A stretch of DNA of 48,921 bases from a virus (lineage: Duplodnaviria > Heunggongvirae > Uroviricota > Caudoviricetes), in the IMG/VR virus record IMGVR_UViG_2778261394_000010. The stretch is one strand, 5' to 3'. Within the stretch, counting starts at the first letter, position 1, and every line of letters starts with the position of its first letter. The notes below the pieces were generated by a model, which was not told the origin of the DNA, did no database searches, and worked only from the letters and a program-made list of their open reading frames with translations. The position numbers and the translations under genes were made by a program. This document shows positions 11,930-20,488 of the stretch, piece by piece.

Positions 11930-12865
11930 CTAGTGCCAACCAGAATACGAATATCTTTGCTTTGCTTCTTCTGGGCTCATACCCACTAGTAAAGATACTA
12001 ATTCAAAGTCAGGTTGTGGAATTGGAATCAATGCAGCCAAATATGCTGGCTTATTGAGAACAATTGTTGATAATTTAGCTTTATTCACCTTAGATAACTC
12101 AATATTACTTTCCGCCACCTTCGGGAACTCCATAATAAATGAATTAATTTCCCTTATGAGATAATCGATCAACGCCACTATACTTTCTGTCAAATCAATA
12201 TATTTTGACAACTCACTAGCACCAATTTCTTTCTTTATTTCATCCAATTTAATTTCAAACACTGGCTTGTCTTTACTGGCAATATTAGACAAACGTTTCT
12301 TTAAATCTGAATCAAGCTGATTCCTGACAATTAAACTTTTCAAAACAAAATTATAATTAAACAAAAAAGCATCAATTCGAGCAATATTCCTCCATGAGTT
12401 TCCAATTTCTTCATCTGACGGCATAATAAGTTCATGTTTTAGTATCTTGTACTTAATAAAAAAAACAAACCTCTCAAATAGAGATTTATTAGCTGTGGGT
12501 ATCTTTTTTATAAATGAAAGACGGCTAATATCGTAATTCACCTCCCCGGCGTTAAATAAAAATTCATTTATTGCCAGCGCTCTTAATATCGGATTTCTAG
12601 ATCTCAAACCAATATAACTACTTTTAATTCCCACAAGTGTATTTATCATCTGAAAAGAAACCATCATAAGCGTATTAGCAGAATTAAATTTCTCCGTTTC
12701 TATTTTAATCTTCTCTTGCCTATTATTGATGTAATAAGCAGTTAAGCCTCCCATAAGCGCCGATAAAAAAGATAATGCAATAGGGAATACATAATCTTTT
12801 GTATAATCAACATCTGCTTTCAACATTAGTATTGCTTTAGCAATCAAAACTGCATCAGGGGTCAT
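11930..12865 (-). CDS. Hypothetical protein, AT-rich cargo gene with a predicted N-terminal transmembrane segment
   Basis: Long ORF with low-GC codon usage unlike its neighbours; hydrophobic stretch YVFPIALSFLSALMGGLTAYYI; no recognisable motif. ATG at 12865 preferred over the TTG at 12895 used by the ORF track. Confidence 0.5.
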   Translation of the reverse strand: MTPDAVLIAKAILMLKADVDYTKDYVFPIALSFLSALMGGLTAYYINNRQEKIKIETEKFNSANTLMMVSFQMINTLVGIKSSYIGLRSRNPILRALAINEFLFNAGEVNYDISRLSFIKKIPTANKSLFERFVFFIKYKILKHELIMPSDEEIGNSWRNIARIDAFLFNYNFVLKSLIVRNQLDSDLKKRLSNIASKDKPVFEIKLDEIKKEIGASELSKYIDLTESIVALIDYLIREINSFIMEFPKVAESNIELSKVNKAKLSTIVLNKPAYLAALIPIPQPDFELVSLLVGMSPEEAKQRYSYSGWH

Positions 12866-13565
12866 GTTAGAGCCGTCATTAAAAATTAAACACAATACCC
12901 ATAAAATATAACAGCTTATTGTTTAGAAAAGCAATATCATACACTCTATGATAAGCGTAATATCTGACAGGCATGGTGTGTTACGACACTTAATTAAACG
13001 TAATTTGCTAAAATTTTACACACAGAATCACACCTGGCTCTAACTCTCCTTTCATTACAATTGTAAGCATACAATTATCCTACCAGAACTTTATTGTTGA
13101 GCTCTCCCTTTTGAGCCCATCCCATAATGAATTGACGAAAGAACCGTATCTGTGGAGTAATCATTTCTGCGCGGTTCTATGTCGAAGACAAAATGTGGTA
13201 TGCGCATCTAGTCAGAGGGAAAGCAATTTTTCAGGGAAATATCATCTCTACATGGTTAAGACAACCAGAAGAAGTTATCAAGCAAGTTGGGTATGAAGAT
13301 TTTCCTATAATAGTAACGAAACGGGTTTCACCTGAGCGGTTGTGTTCGATCCGCCACAATACGCATAGGATGCCCTGTAATCCGTATTCTGCTTACTCAA
13401 CAGCTTACCAGCAGGACTCGTAAGGCTGTTGCGATAGTGCAGAAGTAGGCCACGACCATAAAGTGAAGCCAGTGGCGCGTTATCGACTACTTTAGTGTAG
13501 AGCCTGATTTCAACGCAAGCATGAGAGTTTTTTCTGGCGATAGGCCGTGACAAACAGCAACAAAA

Positions 13566-13766
13566 TCAGAGAAAGGAAACGGCAGAGGCCAAAAAGCCCG
13601 TTTTCAGCGCCTGTCATTTCCTTTCTTTTCAGAGGGTATTTTAAATAAAAACATAAAGTTACGGCGAAGAAGAACGGAAACGCCTTAAACCGGAAAATTT
13701 CCATAAATAGAGAAAAACTGCGCGCCTGACGCCCCGTAGCCTGTCAGATCGCCGGAAAGGACCCGC
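13566..13766. other. cos-like site of the inserted element, homologous to the helper cos region but with a diverged cosN 12-mer
   Basis: About 200 bp aligns without gaps to helper 28935..29133 (most positions identical by eye); the cosN position reads cgcctgacgccc (13723..13734) against helper aggtcgtcgccc. Confidence 0.8.
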
Positions 13767-13790
13767 CAGCCAGAGCGGGCCCTAATTTCA

Positions 13791-14174
13791 TCAACCAATC
13801 AGCTTATAGCGACCATCCCGTGCATTGCGGCGTACACGCTCAATCTTGAGGCATAGCGCCGCATCTGGCTTTTTTGGGACAGGTACGCGGCAATATTCAG
13901 AAGCGCGAGGAATATTATTTATCCAGTCGATCACTTCACTTAAATACCAGGCCTTACGCCCTTCCGTAACCTGCACACGCTCCGGGAACTCTCCACTAGC
14001 CTCAAGGTTTAGCAGTGTACGCCGACTCAGGGTTGTAATTTCCATCACCTGATTCATATCAACAAGGCGCTCGCTTAAACACATTTTGTCAGCGATAGCT
14101 TTTAATTCCTCTACAGCTGGATTCGGGTACATCATTTCGGCAATTGGCTTAAGGTCATTGTAATCATTCTGCAT
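13791..14174 (-). CDS. HTH protein with an AlpA/MerR-like C-terminal half, function unknown (regulator or packaging-specificity factor)
   Basis: 127-aa ORF; segment EITTLSRRTLLNLEASGEFPERVQVTEGRKAWYLSEVIDWI resembles AlpA-family HTH; strong SD AAGGGGG; immediately downstream of the D-like gene and upstream of the cos-like site. Confidence 0.55.
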   Translation of the reverse strand: MQNDYNDLKPIAEMMYPNPAVEELKAIADKMCLSERLVDMNQVMEITTLSRRTLLNLEASGEFPERVQVTEGRKAWYLSEVIDWINNIPRASEYCRVPVPKKPDAALCLKIERVRRNARDGRYKLIG

Positions 14175-14185
14175 TGTATCCCCCT

Positions 14186-14527
14186 TTACACACGAGCCAG
14201 CGGCTGAACAGAAATACCTGAGCCAACAAACGCGGCAACCTTTGCCGACAGTTCTCTTACAGACTCAGGCCAGTTCAGAGCATCAACATTTAAAACACCT
14301 GTCTTATAAACCTGTGCCTGTGTTTTTTTCGCTGTGTCGATTTGTACAGCGGAAACATAAACCGCTTTGCCTGCGCTCGTTCCATCCCATACCACTAGCG
14401 CACCAGTTGCATCTTCCTGCATCAGTGGCGTAAACGCAGGTATTACCCCTTTATTGGCTGAAAATATCCCCAGCGTAGTAACCAGTGCTTCAGTGCCAGA
14501 CATGAGTTCAGTGTAATGAGTAGCCAT
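14186..14527 (-). CDS. Head decoration protein, diverged gpD homolog carried by the element
   Basis: 113 aa; …AFTPLMQEDATGALVVWDGTSAGKAVYVSAVQ… parallels lambda gpD …[35 protein letters not shown]…; strong SD AAGGGGGAG. Confidence 0.7.
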   Translation of the reverse strand: MATHYTELMSGTEALVTTLGIFSANKGVIPAFTPLMQEDATGALVVWDGTSAGKAVYVSAVQIDTAKKTQAQVYKTGVLNVDALNWPESVRELSAKVAAFVGSGISVQPLARV

Positions 14528-14536
14528 TGCTCCCCC

Positions 14537-15577
14537 TTAGCCAATGCGAACGGTAACAAAACGATTGATGCGGGCCGGTATTGGCTGTGGTGCTGAATGT
14601 GTCTGCACATATTCAATAGCCGGATCACCAGGCACAATATAGTTTTTCGGTGCAAGTTCGGCTTTAGTCAGCCCCATTCGGATTAGCTCCGGATCCTGAA
14701 TACCGCCATAGGCGACAATCCCCTGAAGAGCCGTATTGCCAAGCACCATCAAATCAGGATCAAGGAAATGTTTTTCAGTTCCGTCCTCGTCGGTATAACG
14801 CCCGCTGTATACAACAATCGCAACATCGCCCATATACCCTTTAAAACTCACCGAATCACCAAGGTCTTTAAGGGCCGTTTCCAGTTCGGAATTAGAACCA
14901 CGACGGGTATCCAGAGCCTCTTTTATCGCTCTGAATGAACGGTATTTCTTCCATACATTACCGCCCATAATGATGATATTAGTGACGCCCTCACTAAATT
15001 CTGCGTAGCTCTCAATATCATCATTTGGATCAAAAGTTTCTTTATCCTTACCTGACCACTCAGCACCGCCAGACTGAGTGATGATATTTTGTGGTTTAAT
15101 ATTCCAGTCCAGCTCATAACGTTCAATACCATCGCCCTCAATGATATTTTTCCCCGTTGTGATTGCCTGAACGGCAAGCCATTCAATACGTGCACGAATA
15201 GCTTTAGCCTGATTTACAATCGCCTGTTTAACTTTAATATTACGCGCTCCAAAAGCATTGTATTGCTCAGGTGATACACCAGCAGGGCGCACAGCTAACT
15301 TATTTGGATCAATGCTGCTTTTCGGCTTCATATAGCCTGGACGAATTGTTTTTGATTCGTACCCTTCGTCACGTGAAACTTTACTACCCACCATAGGAGA
15401 ACAAAACGCTGCAATTGGGATATTTGGATCGTCGATTGTATCAAGAATAATATCGCGCGATTCAAACATTACCGAGCGAGTAAAAAACAAACTGGTAAAC
15501 AACGCATTTAGTTGTTTTTGTACATCTACAGCATTAACCACCTGTACAAGCTGGGTAGGCGAATATAAATCAACCAT
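14537..15577 (-). CDS. Major capsid protein, diverged gpE homolog carried by the element
   Basis: 346 aa from ATG at 15577 (SD AAGAGGA); shares ITQSGG.EWS, TRRGSNSELET and GDVAIVVYSG motifs with lambda gpE but is clearly diverged; earlier in-frame starts at 15583 and 15598 are possible. Confidence 0.85.
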   Translation of the reverse strand: MVDLYSPTQLVQVVNAVDVQKQLNALFTSLFFTRSVMFESRDIILDTIDDPNIPIAAFCSPMVGSKVSRDEGYESKTIRPGYMKPKSSIDPNKLAVRPAGVSPEQYNAFGARNIKVKQAIVNQAKAIRARIEWLAVQAITTGKNIIEGDGIERYELDWNIKPQNIITQSGGAEWSGKDKETFDPNDDIESYAEFSEGVTNIIIMGGNVWKKYRSFRAIKEALDTRRGSNSELETALKDLGDSVSFKGYMGDVAIVVYSGRYTDEDGTEKHFLDPDLMVLGNTALQGIVAYGGIQDPELIRMGLTKAELAPKNYIVPGDPAIEYVQTHSAPQPIPARINRFVTVRIG

Positions 15578-15749
15578 ACGCATCCTCTTTGCATTCATTA
15601 AAAATAATTGTGGATATATGCTATCACCGATATTTGTCATGCGAATACATGCAACCGAGTGCAATGTTGTATAAAGTTTTGGGATGACAACTTCAGCACG
15701 GATAATTAGTGTTAATATCTTCACTCCCTTTGGTCTGGATTTATGTAGC

Positions 15750-15790
15750 ATGCCGGAAAATTTATTTTTTTTCCGGCCTTTTTTATTGGC
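15750..15790 (+). terminator. Hairpin with flanking T-tract (gccggaaaa…ttttccggc + ttttttatt)
   Basis: 9-bp perfect stem followed by a T-run on the plus strand, between the SSB and capsid genes; may act in either direction given the flanking A/T tracts. Confidence 0.4.
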
Positions 15791-15795
15791 AATAT

Positions 15796-16245
15796 TTAAA
15801 ACGGAATATCATCTCCCCATTGCTCATTATCTCCCACTGGTGGATGGCTTCCTTGCTGATCTGCCTGTTGTTTTGCTCTGTTCAGTGCGTCAGTAGCCTG
15901 ACCCTGTTGATCTTTTTTGCCGCCCGGTCGCACCGTTCGCGCACTGATTACGCTGTCTGCGATAACCTGCCAGCCCTGCCGCGTTTCACCGTTCTGTCCA
16001 GTCCACTGGCTCACCTGCATATTACCCGCCACGCTCAGGAGTTCGCCTTTGTGATGCTTTGCCAGCGTGTCGGCTTGTCTGCCAAACGCCAGCACAGATA
16101 ACCACATCGTCGCCGTTCCGTCATCTGCCTGGCTGCATGGCAAAGATACCGCCATCCGTGCCAGTGTCATGGGTGTTCCCTTGCTGGTATGTTTTACCTG
16201 TGGGTCGTCCACCAGCCGCCCGTAAGCTGCTATTTGCGCCGTCAT
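15796..16245 (-). CDS. ssb: Single-stranded DNA-binding protein
   Basis: 149 aa with Gly/Gln-rich linker and acidic C-terminal tail ending DDIPF, the SSB hallmark. Confidence 0.85.
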   Translation of the reverse strand: MTAQIAAYGRLVDDPQVKHTSKGTPMTLARMAVSLPCSQADDGTATMWLSVLAFGRQADTLAKHHKGELLSVAGNMQVSQWTGQNGETRQGWQVIADSVISARTVRPGGKKDQQGQATDALNRAKQQADQQGSHPPVGDNEQWGDDIPF

Positions 16246-16256
16246 GCTGCCTGCTC

Positions 16257-16499
16257 TCAGGACTTAATATTGATGGTTGTCACTTCCTCCGCTTCGGCAA
16301 TCTCCCGTTCGGTCAGCGTGGCAAAGTTTGCAGCCGCCGTTGTCATGAATGCGCTTATCAGTTCGGGATGTGCTTTCGCGTATCCTTCCCCGGCGTTGCG
16401 GTCTATTGCCTTAATCGCCACCCTTAGCCAGTGTTCAGCCATATCAAGGGCGCGGTAATGTGGCTTTATATGTTTGTTCAGTTTTCCTGATGTGTGCAT
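16257..16499 (-). CDS. Hypothetical protein
   Basis: 80-aa ORF between the iteron origin and ssb, co-oriented with the replication operon; no motif recognised. Confidence 0.4.
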   Translation of the reverse strand: MHTSGKLNKHIKPHYRALDMAEHWLRVAIKAIDRNAGEGYAKAHPELISAFMTTAAANFATLTEREIAEAEEVTTINIKS

Positions 16500-16546
16500 T
16501 TTTATTTTTACCCCCTCGTTTAAAAAGTTTTTTGTGCACCACCACC

Positions 16547-16777
16547 TTGTCTACCTTGTCTACCTGATTAGTTATCAGGCCAGTAATGGCGCGGGTTTCA
16601 GGGAGGTAGACAGCCCCAAATAGCTGTCTACCTCATCTCTACCCGTCTCCTTACCTGTCTACAAAAATGGGTAGATAAGGTAGATAACAGGTAGACAGTG
16701 AAAAATAGTTATCTACCTGCATTAATACATTGAAATAAAAGCATTTTATTTCAGTCAGGTAGACAAGGTAGATAACC
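16547..16777. repeat. Iteron cluster, putative replication origin of the element
   Basis: At least 12 copies of GGTAGAYA / TRTCTACC in both orientations, some tandem (ggtagataaggtagataacaggtagacag), with AT-rich spacers, immediately downstream of the primase-helicase gene. Confidence 0.7.
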
Positions 16778-16788
16778 ATTGCCATTTT

Positions 16789-18540
16789 TTATAAAAACGC
16801 ATCGCAATCATCAGTAGTCGTTGCGTTGGTCTGCGTGACTCCCTTAACTTTTCGCGTAATATATTCATATCCGTAAACTTTCGCCGCTGACCTCATAGCC
16901 TTTCCGAACTCATTCACGCTCAAACATTTCCCCTTTCCTGTATATGCCATGAAGGCCATATAGACACGGTAAAGGCTGTTTCTGGTCGTGTACTTCACGG
17001 TGTCACCACCACCGCCCATCATTAGCCCACGAGCTTCCTCCAGAAACTCCAGCGCCGCGCAAAGCTCAACAACCGGATCCGTTTGCTGCTTTATTGCCAG
17101 AGCTTCATCACCGTCACGCTGTTCCAGTAATAAAGCCCGTGCCTTTTCAGGGTCAGCAAAATTAGCCAGCAAGCGGCGGATAATTACGGGGATTTCTGCC
17201 GCTATCTTTTCCGGTAATTCCTTGTCTTTTTCGTCCTCCCTTACAATGTTGTCGAACCGGAAAATCACCCGACGGCGTGACACACCTCCGGCCCGTTCGG
17301 TAAAGATCATCGGGTCGTTATTGGTTGCCAGTACCACCGCCCTTATTATCGTCGTGAATCGCTTCTCATATTTCGGGTTAATTTCAACGGGATCGCCTCC
17401 CGTGATTTTCTTGATGCCCGTGCCTTCCCCCGTATATTTCGGCTGATCGGCAAGGACGATAAGACGACTCCCGACAACCTGCGCACGCCCTCCTGCATCA
17501 TCGAGTGATGTCATCTCTGCGCTTACGGTGTTCTGTTTGCCAGCAAGCAGGGTGGCAATATGGGTAAATGTACTCTTACCGCTTCCCCCGTCTCCGGTGG
17601 CCTCAATGAACATCTGCCAGTCGTACCGGTTCGCCATAATCATGTACAGCGCGGCACATATACGCATCATCTTGCGCGGGTCTTTTCCGGCTGCGTGCTC
17701 AAGCCATTTATGAAAGTTTGGCGCGTTATCGCGGATGTTCTCCCCTGGTGCTGGTGGCGTGTACTCAATGCCGTTGTGCGTGGTGATCCAGTTCTCCGGC
17801 GTGTGCGGGGAAAATTCCCCCGTTTTCAGGTCAAGCGCACCATTGGCGAACGGCAGCAAATCGCCGGACGGCTCGCCCATTGGTTCGGCAATAACTTTTA
17901 ACGCTTCAACGGCGTTATTGATCACGCGTTTGCTGAAAGTGGCCCTGTGCTCTGAATAGATCGCCACCATTTCGCGGCTCAGCTCCATTGTGCTGATCGG
18001 ACACCATACCCCGCCGCGCCATACGTGAACGATTTCACTTTCCGGATGCACACAAACGCCATCAAAGCGCTCGGCAAGCAGCTGCGCGCGCTCACTGTCT
18101 GCCATCTGTGAAAGTTGCGCCTTTTGCTTCGTCGGAAGATTAAGCACCAGGCTTTCCCCACGCTCGCATTCCTCTTTGAGTCGCGGCAACTGGTCGGATA
18201 AATCCACTGGGCTGGTGTCAGTAATCCCCGCGTATTCGTGTACGGTCTTCACTCCAGCCACAGCCAGTAACGTAACAATCTGCGTCATGCTGTGCTCTGT
18301 GATATGTCCTGCGCGGTAAACACGCACACACTGACGATCTTCATCAATGATCCGGTAATCGGTGATGTTTTTCAGTTGCTCATCAGCCAACACGACAGGC
18401 GGCACATCGTCGGCGGCAATATGTTTACCCGCCCATTCCTGCCACTCTTTCGCATGGCTCCACGCATCACTACCTGCAAAGATGATTATCTCTGTCAGTC
18501 TGTCGCGTGGCTGTTTTTTTAAGTTCGGTGCCAGTTTCAT
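16789..18540 (-). CDS. Primase-helicase replication protein (P4-alpha / D5-like, SF3 helicase)
   Basis: 583 aa; Walker A GDGGSGKST followed by a D5_N/SF3-like region (…IVLADQPKYTGEG…LATNNDP…); adjacent to the iteron origin. Confidence 0.85.
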   Translation of the reverse strand: MKLAPNLKKQPRDRLTEIIIFAGSDAWSHAKEWQEWAGKHIAADDVPPVVLADEQLKNITDYRIIDEDRQCVRVYRAGHITEHSMTQIVTLLAVAGVKTVHEYAGITDTSPVDLSDQLPRLKEECERGESLVLNLPTKQKAQLSQMADSERAQLLAERFDGVCVHPESEIVHVWRGGVWCPISTMELSREMVAIYSEHRATFSKRVINNAVEALKVIAEPMGEPSGDLLPFANGALDLKTGEFSPHTPENWITTHNGIEYTPPAPGENIRDNAPNFHKWLEHAAGKDPRKMMRICAALYMIMANRYDWQMFIEATGDGGSGKSTFTHIATLLAGKQNTVSAEMTSLDDAGGRAQVVGSRLIVLADQPKYTGEGTGIKKITGGDPVEINPKYEKRFTTIIRAVVLATNNDPMIFTERAGGVSRRRVIFRFDNIVREDEKDKELPEKIAAEIPVIIRRLLANFADPEKARALLLEQRDGDEALAIKQQTDPVVELCAALEFLEEARGLMMGGGGDTVKYTTRNSLYRVYMAFMAYTGKGKCLSVNEFGKAMRSAAKVYGYEYITRKVKGVTQTNATTTDDCDAFL

Positions 18541-18836
18541 TTTTTGCCCCTGAATGCGTTAATCATGCTTTTCATTTTCTGGATGTTTCCCCGCGCTTTT
18601 TCCCTGCTGATGGGCTTACTGCGGGGTGCGGCATATACCAGGGAAAAATCACGCCGGAACTGATAAACAGGCATCACGCAGTCATAGCTATACCCCTCAC
18701 GACGGTAAGTGATGCGCCGTTCTGCCACGCCTTTAATCGTTACCGTGCCGCCGTATTTATCGCGGTAAATATCGCCGTTCATAAATTCAGGCCGAGCGGG
18801 GCCGCTGGCAATAAAGCCAGAATTTTTCATTTCCAT
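18537..18836 (-). CDS. Hypothetical protein
   Basis: 99-aa ORF whose stop overlaps the primase-helicase start (4-nt overlap), suggesting translational coupling. Confidence 0.4.
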   Translation of the reverse strand: MEMKNSGFIASGPARPEFMNGDIYRDKYGGTVTIKGVAERRITYRREGYSYDCVMPVYQFRRDFSLVYAAPRSKPISREKARGNIQKMKSMINAFRGKK

Positions 18837-18853
18837 ATTATTTATTCCTCGAC

Positions 18854-19075
18854 TTAACTCGACTTATTTGATAGCAGGGCACTATTTATTGCGTCATTGA
18901 GTTTTTCTGCTGCTTCATCAATAAGTGACAACAGGCCATAAGCAATATTTGCATCTTCATTGTCATTTATGCAATCAAGCCACATATTTAATATTGCTTT
19001 TGCTGAATTATTTAAAGTTAATGAACTTTCTGCACATGCTAACAATTTAAAAAAGACTTCCCGTTCTGTATTCAT
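18854..19075 (-). CDS. Hypothetical small protein (AT-rich)
   Basis: 73-aa ORF in the same operon; low GC. Confidence 0.3.
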   Translation of the reverse strand: MNTEREVFFKLLACAESSLTLNNSAKAILNMWLDCINDNEDANIAYGLLSLIDEAAEKLNDAINSALLSNKSS

Positions 19076-19267
19076 TTAATCCCCCACCAGCTTACTTTCT
19101 TCCTCAATCAAAAAACTAGCGACACTTCCCGAAAGACGCGCCAGTAGGCTCGCCAGTGCGGATATATCAGCATCTGTAATTTTGTTCGGGTATACCTCAA
19201 GAAGGCGGCAAATAATTTCTGTCTGGTGCGCACGTTCAGCGGCTTCGTGTAATGTGATTTCCTGCAT
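19076..19267 (-). CDS. Hypothetical small protein
   Basis: 63-aa ORF tightly packed between neighbours. Confidence 0.3.
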   Translation of the reverse strand: MQEITLHEAAERAHQTEIICRLLEVYPNKITDADISALASLLARLSGSVASFLIEEESKLVGD

Positions 19268-19452
19268 TAATGCACCTCTTTTAATTCATACACTGCTGAA
19301 ATAATGACTTGTGATAAGCCATATTCTGATGATTCGCTTCTCACCGCAGCAATAGCCGTCTGAACATTAACAGCCTTCACATTCTGAGCGATACCAATTG
19401 TGTGGCCTATTGGGTTAACAGCTCGGGCAAATACACGGAAGGTTTTAAGCAT
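19267..19452 (-). CDS. Hypothetical small protein, first gene of the element's leftward operon
   Basis: 61-aa ORF directly downstream of the divergent control region. Confidence 0.3.
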   Translation of the reverse strand: MLKTFRVFARAVNPIGHTIGIAQNVKAVNVQTAIAAVRSESSEYGLSQVIISAVYELKEVH

Positions 19453-19832
19453 GACTCACTCCCTGGCGGATTTTTGCAGCGAATACAGCAACACAACCGG
19501 ACGGGCAACGGCTACGCGCTTCGCGTTCCGTCCAGGCGGTTACGTGGATGATTTGAGATTCTCCGGCACTCAGTGCCAGAAAACGCCACACAAAGGCCGT
19601 TTGTGTGTGTACAAGGTGTGGTATATGATTTACAGCAACCATAACGGCTCCTAGTTTACGTTGTTGGTTAGACGCCCCGTATGTGTTCCCAGCACTGCGG
19701 GGCGTTGCTCTTTGTATTTCAACAATCCTTTCGGTGTGTTTCATGTTATGAGCGCATGAAACACACGTCAAGGCTTTTTGTATTTCTTTTTTTGTGTATA
19801 CTGAAACACACCGATGATTAGGAGTTTCAGAA

Positions 19833-20138
19833 ATGGCAACGGCTAACAAAAACGCAAAATCACAACTGACAACTGTCAGAGTCCCACTAGATGTTATGCA
19901 AGGGATGGAATCCGTTAAGCTGGACGGTGAAAGCAATGCCGGATTTATCGTAACCGCCATGCGCGGTGAAATCGCCCGCCGCCAGGCAGAAGGAAGCGGA
20001 GAAAATCCCCTCGTGTCTTCACTGGATACCTTAGCTAAGGTCGAACAAATCGGCATCAAGGCAGCGGAGGAAATCGGGCAACTCGTAGCCGTCGCTCGTG
20101 AAGAACTCCAGCGGCGTAAAGCCAAAGAATCTGAATAA
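19833..20138 (+). CDS. Putative regulator of the element, fold not assigned
   Basis: 101-aa ORF with strong SD AGGAG, transcribed divergently from the replication/capsid operon across a structured intergenic region. Confidence 0.4.
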   Translation: MATANKNAKSQLTTVRVPLDVMQGMESVKLDGESNAGFIVTAMRGEIARRQAEGSGENPLVSSLDTLAKVEQIGIKAAEEIGQLVAVAREELQRRKAKESE

Positions 20139-20488
20139 TTAGTATCAGCGCCGTGATGTGAGTAACTACGGCGCATTGCTATGTAAATACTGGCAATAAA
20201 CAGAAAAGGTAGTTCTACTCCGAATAATTTTATCTGACACTACTCCTGAACTAACATGCGCTTATCTTACAGGATATAAATATAAATCCATAAAATCACG
20301 ATTAAATAAAGTCGCTCCAAACATAAACCACACCCAACGCTTAACAAGATAGCAACAAACAGGTAAATAACTTGCAGAAATATTTATCGCAAGGATTATC
20401 ATTATTAATGACAAATCACTTTACCAAGTCATTCCCCTCTCTTATCATAAAGAGAAAGTAATAAATAAGTTAAGGGAGTTAGAATGCT

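Noticed and set aside
12896-13565. Small ORFs (13111..13296 +, 13193..13423 +, 13305..13553 -) in the AT-rich spacer left of the cos-like site
   Set aside because: No convincing RBS or conserved motifs, and they overlap one another; the region is more likely promoter or packaging-flank DNA. Left unannotated rather than called.
14186-15751. Possibility that the second E/D copies mark a tandem second prophage
   Set aside because: No second portal, terminase, protease or tail genes accompany them; they are embedded between integrase/replication genes and a cos-like site within a discrete 10.9-kb insert.
16547-16777. Possible CRISPR array suggested by many short repeats
   Set aside because: Repeats are only 8-9 bp, occur in both orientations with irregular spacing, and sit next to a replication initiator gene; no cas genes are present. 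Interpreted as origin iterons.
16988-17959. Plus-strand ORFs overlapping the primase-helicase gene
   Set aside because: Antisense to a gene with clear Walker A and SF3 motifs; no RBS and no motifs.
19445-20176. 243-aa minus-strand ORF spanning the element's control region and overlapping the 101-aa plus-strand gene
   Set aside because: Ser/Arg/Ala-rich junk translation with no RBS; it crosses the hairpin-rich intergenic region and is antisense to a gene with a strong SD.
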